Source of the DNA: a virus
Length of the DNA: 64,000 nt
IMG/VR virus record: IMGVR_UViG_3300022690_002678
Strand: one strand, 5' to 3'
Below, piece by piece: positions 20,978 to 31,700 of the stretch. The first letter of the stretch is position 1. Every line of letters begins with the position of its first letter. The position numbers and the translations under genes were made by a program. The notes below the pieces were generated by a model. That model was not told the DNA's origin. It did no database searches and saw only the letters and a list, made by a program, of their open reading frames with translations.

Positions 20978-23128
20978 ATGAGTAATGTATATGGTTCTCC
21001 TACAGATGAGTTGGGGTCTAATAGCACTTTATTTATTGGTAGAAAGATAGAAGATTTTGCCGTATTTAATGCCACTAGTAATAGGTGGATTGCCAACCGA
21101 GACTCAGGTGAAATAATTAGACGTGCTCAAATTATCACCACTTTTCCCATATTAATCACAGCAGGACAGTCTTTGAGATTGCGTAATGGTGTCAATTTTA
21201 ATAACTTGTTCATTTATGCTGGTGCTGCCGATACTCCCATGTTTATGACTCTACCTATGAAGCGTGATTTTACCACTAGTTTTGATGATAATGGTGGTAC
21301 TCTGCGAGTGACTGCACCTAACACTCTGAATGTTGATGATGTTGTGAAAATCATAGGTAGTAGAGAAAAAACCTACAATGGGAATCACACTGTTACGGGT
21401 GCCACTACAACTACTTTTGACTTGGATGATGTACTCTTCACTAATACTGATACCACAGGCGAATATATCCAAGTGCAGTTGAAGGTATCTTCTATAGTTG
21501 CTGGAGGTATAAATACGGAAACCGTTCTAACTGTAGTAAACCATCCATTTGCAGTAGATGATTGGATTAATGTTTATGATATAGAGACCAGTGATCTCAC
21601 ACAAGGCTCATTCCAAATTTCAGCTCAAACCACAACTACTATAACGATAGATACCCCTGTTGCACCCATCGTAGTAGGTGGCACGGCTTTGATTGATACA
21701 GGAATTGCCACATTTGACCTTGACCATGAATTCTTTGTAAATTTCCCAGATGGACAAAATCGTATATTTATGCAGTTAAGTGGTTCATTTTCTTCATCTC
21801 TCACAAGTGTTGTCGTCGTTCTAAGAGTGGGAATGATTGGGTTTGAGATTGGCGAAACAAGAGACTTTGAAATACTGGGTGTACAACAGGTGACTGCCTT
21901 AAGAGAATCATTCAACTGGGTAAGTCTGGATGATCTAGGTGTTGATATAAAGTCTACATTCATTGACAGACTTACAGTTCCATTTGAAACAGAAGATTAT
22001 TTGCCAATATTCAGTTTTGGTTCAGCAGGTAATTCTCAAATTATATTAGATGACTTTTTGTTCCAGTTAGACTCAGATATAGCATTACTTGACATAAACC
22101 CATTCCTTGGTGACGACCTCAGTATGACTCTGATTGACCTTAGAAATGGCAGAGATGCCAAATATTTCTCAGCAGGCTATTTCGCCAGGGCTGAAAGTGT
22201 CATCGTTAACGATGGATTTGGTTTTGTTCAAATCCTAATTGACGATACTTCCAGATATAGAGATGGTGATTCAATTTTAATTACTGAGTCCAGTTCATAC
22301 AATAATGTAGTTGGCCTTATTACGGCCATAGCCAGTACATCCATTACACTTGACACTTCCTTTGTAACTACACTATCTACTGATACCACGGGAACAGTTG
22401 GAGATAATCTCGATGGCACTATTAACATCACCGTTGACGATACGACTAACTTTCTTGCAGGAGATTTTATCACTATTTTAGGCACTGACCCTGACTATGA
22501 TGGAACATTTGAATTATTAGAAGTTGTAGCTGGAGATATCCTAAGGATAACTGGAACTTCATTAGGTACAATTACTACTCAAGGTAGTGTGACAGGAAAT
22601 TCTAGAATCTTAACTCAAGACACTACCCTGGCAAGTATTACTCAAATAGACCCTCGACTCACGGCAATCAATGATGATGACCTAAAAAATTCGATGGCTG
22701 TTGCACAAGCCAATCTTTCTACGGCAACTGTAGTGACCATTGGTACTATCAATTTGTATGTTCCAATTAATGGTACTGATTGGCTTAATCCTTTCTTGGA
22801 AAGATTCACAGGAGATAGTGGTAATAATGGCACTATCACCTATTCAGGTCTAGAAACTGCCGATTTTATTGTATCGTGGACTTGTACTCTGGAAGAAAGT
22901 GGAGGAGGTACAGGGGATTTGGAGTGTACTGTGTTTCTTAATGGTGTGGAAGATACCGTCATATTCCTTCCTGCTGTTTATGACAATGCAGGCATTATAC
23001 AAATTAGTGGGAATGCCATAGTGGAATTATCTACTGGTGATACATTACAGCTATTTGTTAGAAATACGGAAACTATTGACAACATCAATGTAACACAATC
23101 AACTCTCACAATAATAAGAGGAGGATAA
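20978..23128 (+). CDS. Virion beta-rich protein (fibre/baseplate-like)
   Basis: Thr/Gly-rich beta repeats, C-terminal C1q/TNF-like segment (VELSTGDTLQLFV); promoter motif at -32. Confidence 0.6.
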   Translation: MSNVYGSPTDELGSNSTLFIGRKIEDFAVFNATSNRWIANRDSGEIIRRAQIITTFPILITAGQSLRLRNGVNFNNLFIYAGAADTPMFMTLPMKRDFTTSFDDNGGTLRVTAPNTLNVDDVVKIIGSREKTYNGNHTVTGATTTTFDLDDVLFTNTDTTGEYIQVQLKVSSIVAGGINTETVLTVVNHPFAVDDWINVYDIETSDLTQGSFQISAQTTTTITIDTPVAPIVVGGTALIDTGIATFDLDHEFFVNFPDGQNRIFMQLSGSFSSSLTSVVVVLRVGMIGFEIGETRDFEILGVQQVTALRESFNWVSLDDLGVDIKSTFIDRLTVPFETEDYLPIFSFGSAGNSQIILDDFLFQLDSDIALLDINPFLGDDLSMTLIDLRNGRDAKYFSAGYFARAESVIVNDGFGFVQILIDDTSRYRDGDSILITESSSYNNVVGLITAIASTSITLDTSFVTTLSTDTTGTVGDNLDGTINITVDDTTNFLAGDFITILGTDPDYDGTFELLEVVAGDILRITGTSLGTITTQGSVTGNSRILTQDTTLASITQIDPRLTAINDDDLKNSMAVAQANLSTATVVTIGTINLYVPINGTDWLNPFLERFTGDSGNNGTITYSGLETADFIVSWTCTLEESGGGTGDLECTVFLNGVEDTVIFLPAVYDNAGIIQISGNAIVELSTGDTLQLFVRNTETIDNINVTQSTLTIIRGG

Positions 23129-23393
23129 AATGACTAAAGTTTCTGATATTCTATTAACTGATGAATACAACAATGGTTCATATCTCACTAAATACCTAAA
23201 CTATTATGAATTCTCTGATGACCAAATCTAAAAATTGAATGGTTCTACACTAATGATACGGATGTTTCAGTTGCTACCGTTTTGATAACTACTGTACCGT
23301 AAAATTTTCTACAGAATTTTAAAAATATCTTGAATATTATTTTGTAAGATTAACTAAACATAATACCCTTATTTCAAAAAACTCCATCTTTAC

Positions 23394-23819
23394 ATGGCAA
23401 ATATTGGAGAGATAGATGAGCTCGTAAATGCACAGAATCTAAAGCTAGATGTTGGAGAAAATAGATACATCATGCTTCAAGATCTTGACTTTCATCTAGG
23501 TCGTCCAGAAGCTCGTGAGCCAACTACTGATGGAGGAGTTCAATATTTCTACGGTAAAGGAGACCACTACTTTGATGCCACCTTACTTTTAACTACACCA
23601 GAAATTTCTGATTTTAATGTATTAAATACACTTGATTCCAATGGCGATCTTGATACTACAACATTTAAGATTGTTGCAGAACCTAGAGGGGGTGGCTCTG
23701 CTGTTACAATTGAAGTAGATGCAGTATTGCCTTCAATGGATATTGTAAAACCAGTTGAGGGCGGTGTAATTTTTAGAATACGATTCCGAATAACTGAGGA
23801 TACAGTCGATGTTGGGTAA
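23394..23819 (+). CDS. Putative major tail tube protein
   Basis: 141 aa all-beta pattern in tail block; promoter motif at -31. Confidence 0.5.
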   Translation: MANIGEIDELVNAQNLKLDVGENRYIMLQDLDFHLGRPEAREPTTDGGVQYFYGKGDHYFDATLLLTTPEISDFNVLNTLDSNGDLDTTTFKIVAEPRGGGSAVTIEVDAVLPSMDIVKPVEGGVIFRIRFRITEDTVDVG

Positions 23820-23868
23820 TCCTTGATGTTACCGACATACCCTTATTTTAAAAATCATCAAATTATTG

Positions 23869-24354
23869 TTGCCTGATAATCTGCATCTGTCTGCCCTGCG
23901 AACACAGTCCTTACCATTTAGAATTCAAGAATTTGTGGATTATAGAATTTTAGATATTGCAAATCAAACTATTGTAAAGGCAATCAAAGATGAGGCAGTT
24001 CACAAAAATATGCCACAGCGCTACATTGATAACATTCATTCCGAATTTGATGGAGAGTTATGGATATGGATTGACTTTAAGGGAAAACATGGCCAGCCAC
24101 TTGATCTGTTCTTTGAGGAGGGAACCAAAGATCACAAAATAACTCCTACCAAAAAAAAGGCACTCTCATTTATCGAGAAAGGGGCAATAGGAATAGTTAC
24201 TGGTCTGCGGTGGTTCTCCAAAGGACACTGGGTTAGCGGAATTGAGGCGCGTTACATATTTCGAGATGGTCTAAGAGCAGGATATCCACGATTCAAGAAA
24301 AGACTCGTACAAGAACTGCAAAAAGAATTTCAGGAGAACATGCTCTTTGGCTGA
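23869..24354 (+). CDS. HK97 gp10-like neck protein
   Basis: FFEEGTKDHKITPTKKKALSF...KGHWVSG matches the gp10-like E-GT..H.I.P..KKAL motif. Confidence 0.7.
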   Translation: MPDNLHLSALRTQSLPFRIQEFVDYRILDIANQTIVKAIKDEAVHKNMPQRYIDNIHSEFDGELWIWIDFKGKHGQPLDLFFEEGTKDHKITPTKKKALSFIEKGAIGIVTGLRWFSKGHWVSGIEARYIFRDGLRAGYPRFKKRLVQELQKEFQENMLFG

Positions 24355-25177
24355 CAGAGAAGAATCCATTCACATTAGAATAAAAATTGATGTTGATCCG
24401 CAAGACAGAGAATTTGTAGAAAGTCTTAGCTCAGAGATGGCAAGAGCAGACGAAAAAAGAATCCTAGAATCAACGAAGGCAAAGCCTGACCTCTCAACAG
24501 TTCCAACCTTTGAAGAACTAGAAACGCGTTACCTCAAAAAATTCATTGACAAAATTGAAAAAGAGATGGGCAAAAAAGATTCAAAAGACTCACAAGTAAT
24601 ACTAGAAAAACTACAAGCAAAAAAAGACAGACTGTTATTAAAACGATGGAAAGAGGGGCCAGTAGGAAAGATACATAATTTTACATCAGAGCAGTTTGCA
24701 AATTTAAGACAAGCTGCAACAAACCCAGGTCAGTTTATTGTTGGCGCCTTTACTAGAAAGTTAGGAAAGTATGGCGGCGCTGCTGCCAAGGGTGGAATCT
24801 ATGCAATGATTGCTCTACTCGTATATGAAACAATTCTCTTTGTCTTAGACCAGCTAATGCAGCCAGGAAGATGGCTTGATAGACGATTCAAGAGACTTGC
24901 AAGACTTGAGACAATGAACTTTTATGAACGAACTCTGCAAGAAGAGATTCGTCACGGGTATCAGGAAATTAGAGTAACTACAATGGAGGGACTTCGCGGT
25001 GGTGCATCGCAAGTCAACGGAAATTTATTCGAGTTCTCAAGTGGTGCAACTGGAATAATCCAGTCCTCACCGTATCGCAACAGCCAAGAAATCTATCGCA
25101 GTCAAAACGCAACAGGCTCTGTAACTGATGCACAAGGAAACCCCAGACGCAGAACTGTATCAGGAAGGTTTGGTTAG
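24347..25177 (+). CDS. Helical tail protein (short tape-measure-like?)
   Basis: Helical with hydrophobic GG/AA stretch; precedes hub-like genes. Confidence 0.45.
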   Translation: MADREESIHIRIKIDVDPQDREFVESLSSEMARADEKRILESTKAKPDLSTVPTFEELETRYLKKFIDKIEKEMGKKDSKDSQVILEKLQAKKDRLLLKRWKEGPVGKIHNFTSEQFANLRQAATNPGQFIVGAFTRKLGKYGGAAAKGGIYAMIALLVYETILFVLDQLMQPGRWLDRRFKRLARLETMNFYERTLQEEIRHGYQEIRVTTMEGLRGGASQVNGNLFEFSSGATGIIQSSPYRNSQEIYRSQNATGSVTDAQGNPRRRTVSGRFG

Positions 25178-25179
25178 TT

Positions 25180-25686
25180 TTGGCAGGCAACACCGCGATA
25201 TGGCGCGCCACTACAACTCAAGGTGCAACAGAAGCAGCAGCACTTGCTGTAAACATAATTGAATTCAACTCTAGTCCTGTAATTGCAACTGGAAGTTATG
25301 TGTTTAACACTGAAGTAAACTATAGAAATTCTACTCCAGAGAATCCAAGAGTTGCAGGACAAATAAACGAAGTGCAAGACATGGGACTGCAAGGAATAGA
25401 CGTTCAGCTAACAGGCCAGCTAAGAGAGACGTCCTCCACTAGTGGCGACTTGAGTAATCTTGTAACGTGGCTCCAAGAAAACAAGACAGAGCAGTCTCTA
25501 TTTCCAAAGGGAATATTTGGTTTGAGAATGGATGACATGCCACAATTCAATGTACAACCAGCCTTAACTTTTGGATATGTCTTGGCTCAGACTCGTGTAA
25601 TTAGAGATGGCGAATACAAACAAAAAGCAGGAGTCGTCATAACATTACGATTCAGTGGAGACCCAACAGGACTAGGTACTCCATAA
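25180..25686 (+). CDS. Putative distal tail protein
   Basis: 168 aa beta pattern; position. Confidence 0.45.
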   Translation: MAGNTAIWRATTTQGATEAAALAVNIIEFNSSPVIATGSYVFNTEVNYRNSTPENPRVAGQINEVQDMGLQGIDVQLTGQLRETSSTSGDLSNLVTWLQENKTEQSLFPKGIFGLRMDDMPQFNVQPALTFGYVLAQTRVIRDGEYKQKAGVVITLRFSGDPTGLGTP

Positions 25687-28538
25687 TGGCTGACATTGGA
25701 AACATTAAAGAATTTTTTGTAACGTGGTATGACCAATCAGATGGTTATACCACAACAGCTGACATTACAGAAGATGTTATAGGAATCTCATTTACTGATA
25801 CTGGTTCAGGACAAGTAAATGAGTGCATCTTAAAACTCACAGGTGCGTTTGGAAATTTCATTACAGATAAGGGAACACCAACTGTAATTGAGCAGTATGA
25901 CAGATTCCAAGTTGAAGCAGAAGACTTGGTTGGAAATAGCTATAACCGATTCTTTGAGTTTAATCCGCTAGTCATTCCATCGCAAACAAAAACAGAGGGA
26001 ACTCTCTTGGAGCTTAATCTTATTGGCATAGAATATCACACGCAACGAATCAACTTTGCAGGAAGATTCTTTTTTGCTGATGCGTTTACTGTTGCACAAG
26101 AGATTGGAACAAGTTATAACGAGAATAGAAACCAAGACCAACAACCAGTTCTTACTGGACACTCTATTGGAGGATACAACCAAACAACAGGAACTGGAAA
26201 TGGCTTTCCAAGCTTTACAGTAAATCACTACGAGTACGGACTGGTAGAGGATTCAGGATACAACAGATGGAACCAGATGCTTGACAAGCTTGGCGGCTCT
26301 GTTGCAGCTGGTGGAGTACTTGATTATTTTGATATTGGCTTTGAGACATCAGCAGTTAATGCAATAGAGATTGCATTGTTTTCGCAAGGAAGCAGATCAA
26401 TTGATCTTAGTGATGATGCATTACTTCCAACATTGATACAGCCAGTTACTGGTGATGAAAATTTTACAGTAAACATTGGCTCAACAGATGTAGGAATTGC
26501 AGCAGCCACTGCAACCCAAGTGGCAGCGTGGGGTTCGCAAACTCACGGCTCACTACCAACAGGCCACTCAAAGTATGCAAGTGGTGTTGACCAGTTTATT
26601 TTCAGACCACAATGGGATGAAAATATTTTCTATCTTCAGGACTCCCTTGTAAAACACATTGACAACAAACACTATGTTGCACTAAATAATATTGAGGGTA
26701 ATCCGCCATTTCCTACTCCTGCTGTTGATACCACAAACTGGAGTCAGATTGACATGTCTGATGAATTTGGCGATGATATCCAGTATTCTGAATGGACTGA
26801 TGATAAAGTAAAAGAATGGGCAAACTGCGGTGCTGATCCAAGTGCAGTAACTCAAAATCAAGAGGTAATCACATCAGTTGGAGCTACAATGTGCGACATT
26901 AACATTGTAGTTTTAGATAATACTGTAGAGGCAAAATTTTTCAGAACATGGGTTGATTTTCGATTAAACACTGCCGCAGGACTTGACATAGATTTGGCTG
27001 CCGATAGATGGGCATACTCTGGAGAAGATAATCAGTTTCCAATTGGTAGGCGAATGCTAGTTGATGGAGATAATGTAGTTGGATTTACAGGAGAGGATAC
27101 TAATGGAATTCCATTTACAAATAACATCTTAGAGTGGAGCGGTGAGGAATGGATTGTAAAGTACAGACCAGCAGATAGCTCAACTGATCTTAATAACATG
27201 CAAGTGATGGTATGGGATGAGTCGCTAATTTATCAGTGGGATAACACTGGAGAGTCATGGGATATAGTTACAGGTGATCTAGCAGTTGATTGCCTACATC
27301 AGTACTCTACAATATCATCAGCTGAATCCTATGATCCAAAGCCTGCTGAAACTGACAATATTACCCATCCCGATGTAACAAAAGACGGCAATACATTTGC
27401 AACAAATGTCTTTTCTGCAATAGAGTTCAAATATGAGATTGGCTCAAACTTTCAAGACAGAACCGATGCAGGCTCTGATACTCCGCTAGGTGACTATTTT
27501 AAAAAAGGCGCATGGGCTGTATGGCGCGTACCATTTTCTCCAAATAACTTTGGTTCACCATCAGTTACCATAGGAAATATTTTTGGAAAAGAGCTAGGAT
27601 CAGAACCAGATGTTGGAATTAATGCATTCCAACCTGCTTTTCTTGACACACAAAACATGACGTGGACTAGCAGAGGAACTAGGGGATTTAATCAAACAGA
27701 AAGCGAAGACTTGGGGCAGCTCCAGGAATTAGTTACAAATATCAAAATTACAAACCAGACAATACTTGATACTAAACTTGACGGAATTACTACTGTTCGA
27801 GTTTGGATGATTGACAGATATGACAATACTGTATTTTATGATGTAGAGATTCCTTTTGTTGATGTATTTTATCCAACAAAGATTCCCTTTTCTTCATTTA
27901 AGATTTACAGGGGACGCAAGCCACGATTCTTTGATCTTACTGGAAATAGCATTGCATCTTTGTTATTGCCACAAGAACTAGAAATTGTAAATAGATTTGC
28001 ATTCAGAGAAATTCAGATAGTTGGCTGGCAGATTCAGGACTTTTATGATGAGTTTGGCAGGTATGCGCCAGACATTACTGGCGATGCACTTGACTTGAAT
28101 ATAAATAATACATCACTTGCAAAACTTTTTGGTGGAACACTAGCTATTACAATTGATGACTTTCATTTTACAAAGCCATTATTAGCTATTGCACGACAAG
28201 ACACAGACAGAAATCTTGAAGCGCAGTTTAGAAAGAGACCACACATTATTACGTTTCAGCAGTTACTAAATGACGCACAGACAGAACTTGAAAAAGAACA
28301 GTTTCAGTTAAAGCAATACCAGATAGAGACTGCTGGCAGTGAATTGTTTTTATTAAAGTTTGGTGATGGATTCTTTTTTGAAAATGATCAGCTAGTTAAT
28401 GATGAGGATGATTCATCTGATCCTGGTGCCAAGAAGATTAAACTTGTTGTGAGACATATTCAGTATAATTTGACGTCGCCTGGTTCAGGAGAGGGCGGAT
28501 TTAGCAGGACGCTCACTTGTGTTAAGCGTTTCGTCTAA
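25686..28538 (+). CDS. Putative tail hub/tip protein
   Basis: 950 aa; C-terminal LKFGDGF...LVVRHIQYNL...FSRTLTC resembles hub-protein ends. Confidence 0.55.
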   Translation: MADIGNIKEFFVTWYDQSDGYTTTADITEDVIGISFTDTGSGQVNECILKLTGAFGNFITDKGTPTVIEQYDRFQVEAEDLVGNSYNRFFEFNPLVIPSQTKTEGTLLELNLIGIEYHTQRINFAGRFFFADAFTVAQEIGTSYNENRNQDQQPVLTGHSIGGYNQTTGTGNGFPSFTVNHYEYGLVEDSGYNRWNQMLDKLGGSVAAGGVLDYFDIGFETSAVNAIEIALFSQGSRSIDLSDDALLPTLIQPVTGDENFTVNIGSTDVGIAAATATQVAAWGSQTHGSLPTGHSKYASGVDQFIFRPQWDENIFYLQDSLVKHIDNKHYVALNNIEGNPPFPTPAVDTTNWSQIDMSDEFGDDIQYSEWTDDKVKEWANCGADPSAVTQNQEVITSVGATMCDINIVVLDNTVEAKFFRTWVDFRLNTAAGLDIDLAADRWAYSGEDNQFPIGRRMLVDGDNVVGFTGEDTNGIPFTNNILEWSGEEWIVKYRPADSSTDLNNMQVMVWDESLIYQWDNTGESWDIVTGDLAVDCLHQYSTISSAESYDPKPAETDNITHPDVTKDGNTFATNVFSAIEFKYEIGSNFQDRTDAGSDTPLGDYFKKGAWAVWRVPFSPNNFGSPSVTIGNIFGKELGSEPDVGINAFQPAFLDTQNMTWTSRGTRGFNQTESEDLGQLQELVTNIKITNQTILDTKLDGITTVRVWMIDRYDNTVFYDVEIPFVDVFYPTKIPFSSFKIYRGRKPRFFDLTGNSIASLLLPQELEIVNRFAFREIQIVGWQIQDFYDEFGRYAPDITGDALDLNINNTSLAKLFGGTLAITIDDFHFTKPLLAIARQDTDRNLEAQFRKRPHIITFQQLLNDAQTELEKEQFQLKQYQIETAGSELFLLKFGDGFFFENDQLVNDEDDSSDPGAKKIKLVVRHIQYNLTSPGSGEGGFSRTLTCVKRFV

Positions 28539-28595
28539 AATATTTAACGTATAAATTATCGAAAAGCTCTAATATTATTTTTTTAGACTAAACTC

Positions 28596-28681
28596 GTTGA
28601 CGTCGCTTAGTGGTATAGCGAGAGATTGAAAATCTATGATCGAGTGCCTCGGTTTCATGGGTTCAAATCCCATCGTCAACG
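28596..28681 (+). tRNA. Type II tRNA with Ser-like body and GAA (Phe) anticodon
   Basis: Acceptor GTTGACG/CGTCAAC, G73; loop TTGAAAA (GAA 28628-28630); long variable arm ATCGAG/CTCGGT; T arm identical to 6187 copy. Confidence 0.8.
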
Positions 28682-28749
28682 GGTAATTATAACAAATTAG
28701 ACTATCCTGTATTTAATAATACCTTAATTGTAAAATCAAAAATTATTAC

Positions 28750-31700
28750 ATGGGCAAAGCACGATCCTTCTCTGATGCTAGCAAAGACGCACTATACCAA
28801 CAAGAACTTGGCGATGAACTATACAGCACATCAGCCCAGCAAAACCCATACAATTTAGGCAGTGTTCACTTTTCAGACCAGAGCGGAATTGGAAACTTTT
28901 CACAAGCAGGCTCTGATCAAAGAAAGGCAAACCTCAATGGGGCACTATACACTGGAAACATTGGCTTTGAGCTGCAAACAGCAGTGCTTGATATTACTAC
29001 TAATACAATTGATCTTTTAGAGGACGGTTCTAGTGATCCACTATCTGTAGTATCTACTGATAGAATTGTATCAATATTTGGTGAAACCGAAGCTAATCTA
29101 ATTACAATTCTTGGAGTACAACGTCAAGGCCAACGGCTTTTTTTGTATGGAATATTTGGAAATACAATTACAATAATTCACACGGCTGCGGCAACAGACA
29201 ATACAATTCTATGCCCTGGAAACACAAACTTTACTCTATCTGATACTGAAGTAGTTGAGCTAGTCTATGATATTACAAATGCAAAGTGGAGAATAGTTGG
29301 TGGTACAGGAACGGGAGGTGGCGATGTTACATTTCCATTACTCTTGCCAAAAGAAGACTTGACTCCAGCCGCATTAGGTACTGCAACAATAAATGTCGCT
29401 TTAAACACAGGAAATGCAAAACAGATTCAGTTTCCTGCTGGAAATATTAATTTTTTAATTACAGGTGATCCTACAAACACGTTTGGTGAGGAAATTGATG
29501 TAATGTTTATTCAAGACAGTATTGGTAGTCGTACACTTCTCACCATTGATTCTAGAATTAAAGACAGCTCATCAATGAATGCTCTGATAGATTCAGGAGC
29601 AAATGCCAAAACAATATTCAAGTTAATAACAATGGATGGCGGTGTATCATACCACTATGAAGTAATCTCTCCAGCAGGTACAGTCTCTTCTGGAAATCTA
29701 TCTGATCTATCCATTGATGTGACAAAGAATTGGTTAGACTTTGGAATTACTAGTCTTGGGCCAATAACAATGTCAAGTGTTGCTGGTAGTGATATTGATC
29801 TTACTGCTAATGATATTCTAAATGTTGATAGATTACAATTATCAGGTGGTACCACTTCTGTAACTTCTACAGATGATGTAGTATGGTATGTTGATCCAAG
29901 TGGTGATCTAATCTCAAATGTTGGATTAAATGATGGATGGGGATGGTCAGTAAACAATTTACTAAGAGCTTCTTTTATTGATGGTATCTTTCAGATTCAA
30001 GATACAGATGATGCTTCATCTTTTAGAATTTTAAACACTACTCTTAGCCCATCTGATAGGTCTATTGGGGCATTTGAGCTAAGTGGATTAAATAGTGATT
30101 CTACTCAACTTACTATGGCATTTTTCGCTGGCAGTGTTGTTGAGACTACTTCACTTGGTTCTGGTTCTGCACAAATTGGTGTTTTAATAGATGGTAGTCC
30201 GAATAATTTTATTCGAATAAATGACGCTAATGTAGGCGATATTGATTTTCTTGCCGACTTGGATATGAATGCTCAGGCAATAATTCTTGATGCAACTGGT
30301 TTTAGTAAGATTCAAGCTGGAACTAATGATGTAATTCAGTTTACAACTGGCCCTACTTCTTCTACTGTTCAGCTATCCCTCAGTAGTTCTTCAACTGTAA
30401 TAACACAAGACACTACCATTGGTGGCGACCTGACACTAGTAGACACATCAGATACTAATCCAATTTTGACTTTGTTTAGAAATGATTCAACACCGAATGA
30501 TTTTGATTTTGCAGGACAAATTCTTTTTAATGCAAATACAACTGGAACTCCAACTGAGAGATCATTTGGAATTATTAATGTAACTGAAGAAGAAACTGAT
30601 GATACAACAAGAAGGGGAAAAATGGAACTGCTTGTTGCAGATGCAACTAATCTAACTGGTACAACATACATCGAATTGGATGGAAGTGCAAATAGTGGAT
30701 TAGGTTCTATCACGTTAACTGTTCCTGTTGTAAGTGAAAATATAACTCCTAGAAATGTTGGTGGCACTATAGGCGAAGATGGTGATGTGTGGAGTACTGT
30801 TTACTCTACAAAATTCATAATGACTACTACTGCACTAACAGGAGTTCCTTTTGATGAACAAATAATACTTGGACATCAGGACGCTATGAAATTTAATGTT
30901 CCTGTTGGTGAGACATTTATTTTTCATATAGGGGATGGAGTAGATACTGCAATACCTCAATTTGAAATTCAAGACGGCGATGCCGTATTATTTAATGATG
31001 TATCTTTTGCAACAATGAATCTTCAACGTACAACACTAGCACTTCCTAGCGGTTCTGCAATTTCGCAGCTGCACTTTCAAGGAAATACAGATAGTGCATC
31101 CGAATCAATTGTAAGTTATGCCACAATAGAAGCAATTGCAACTAATACTGCTGAAGGTACAGCTGGAGATGGTGCAGTAGGACAATTAAGTTTAGCAGTG
31201 ACTGAAGCTGGAAGTACGGCACTTGTTGATTATTTGAGAATAACAGGTACAAGCATCATTGATATGTTTAAAGACTTGGACATGAACACCACTAATTCCA
31301 TACTAAACATGGGTGGTGAGACAATTAACAGCATAACAGAAGATACTACTCCTGTGAGTTCTACTGACTTTGTAATGACTTATGATGCAAGTGCAGCTGC
31401 ATTAAAAAAAGTTTTGTTAGATAATTTACCAGGAGGTAGTGGTACTGTAACTTTTCCCATTGACTTTCCAGTAGATGAATTGGGTACACTTGGAGATACT
31501 ACCCTTAATTTTAGCTGGGTTCCATCCGATCGACATGCACAAAATATTTTGCTTGATGGAGATCTTACTATAGCCATAGGGACAGACCTTCCTGCCGATA
31601 CGCTTGGTCTAACAATGTTCAAACTAAAACAAGATGTTACAGGAGGACATTCTGTAACATTTACTGGAATTGTAAATACGAGTCCTACTATTGATGAGAC

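Noticed and set aside
23130-23291. Small ORF 23130-23231 with a possible frameshifted continuation
   Set aside because: Too short and without motifs; cannot tell a remnant from noise.
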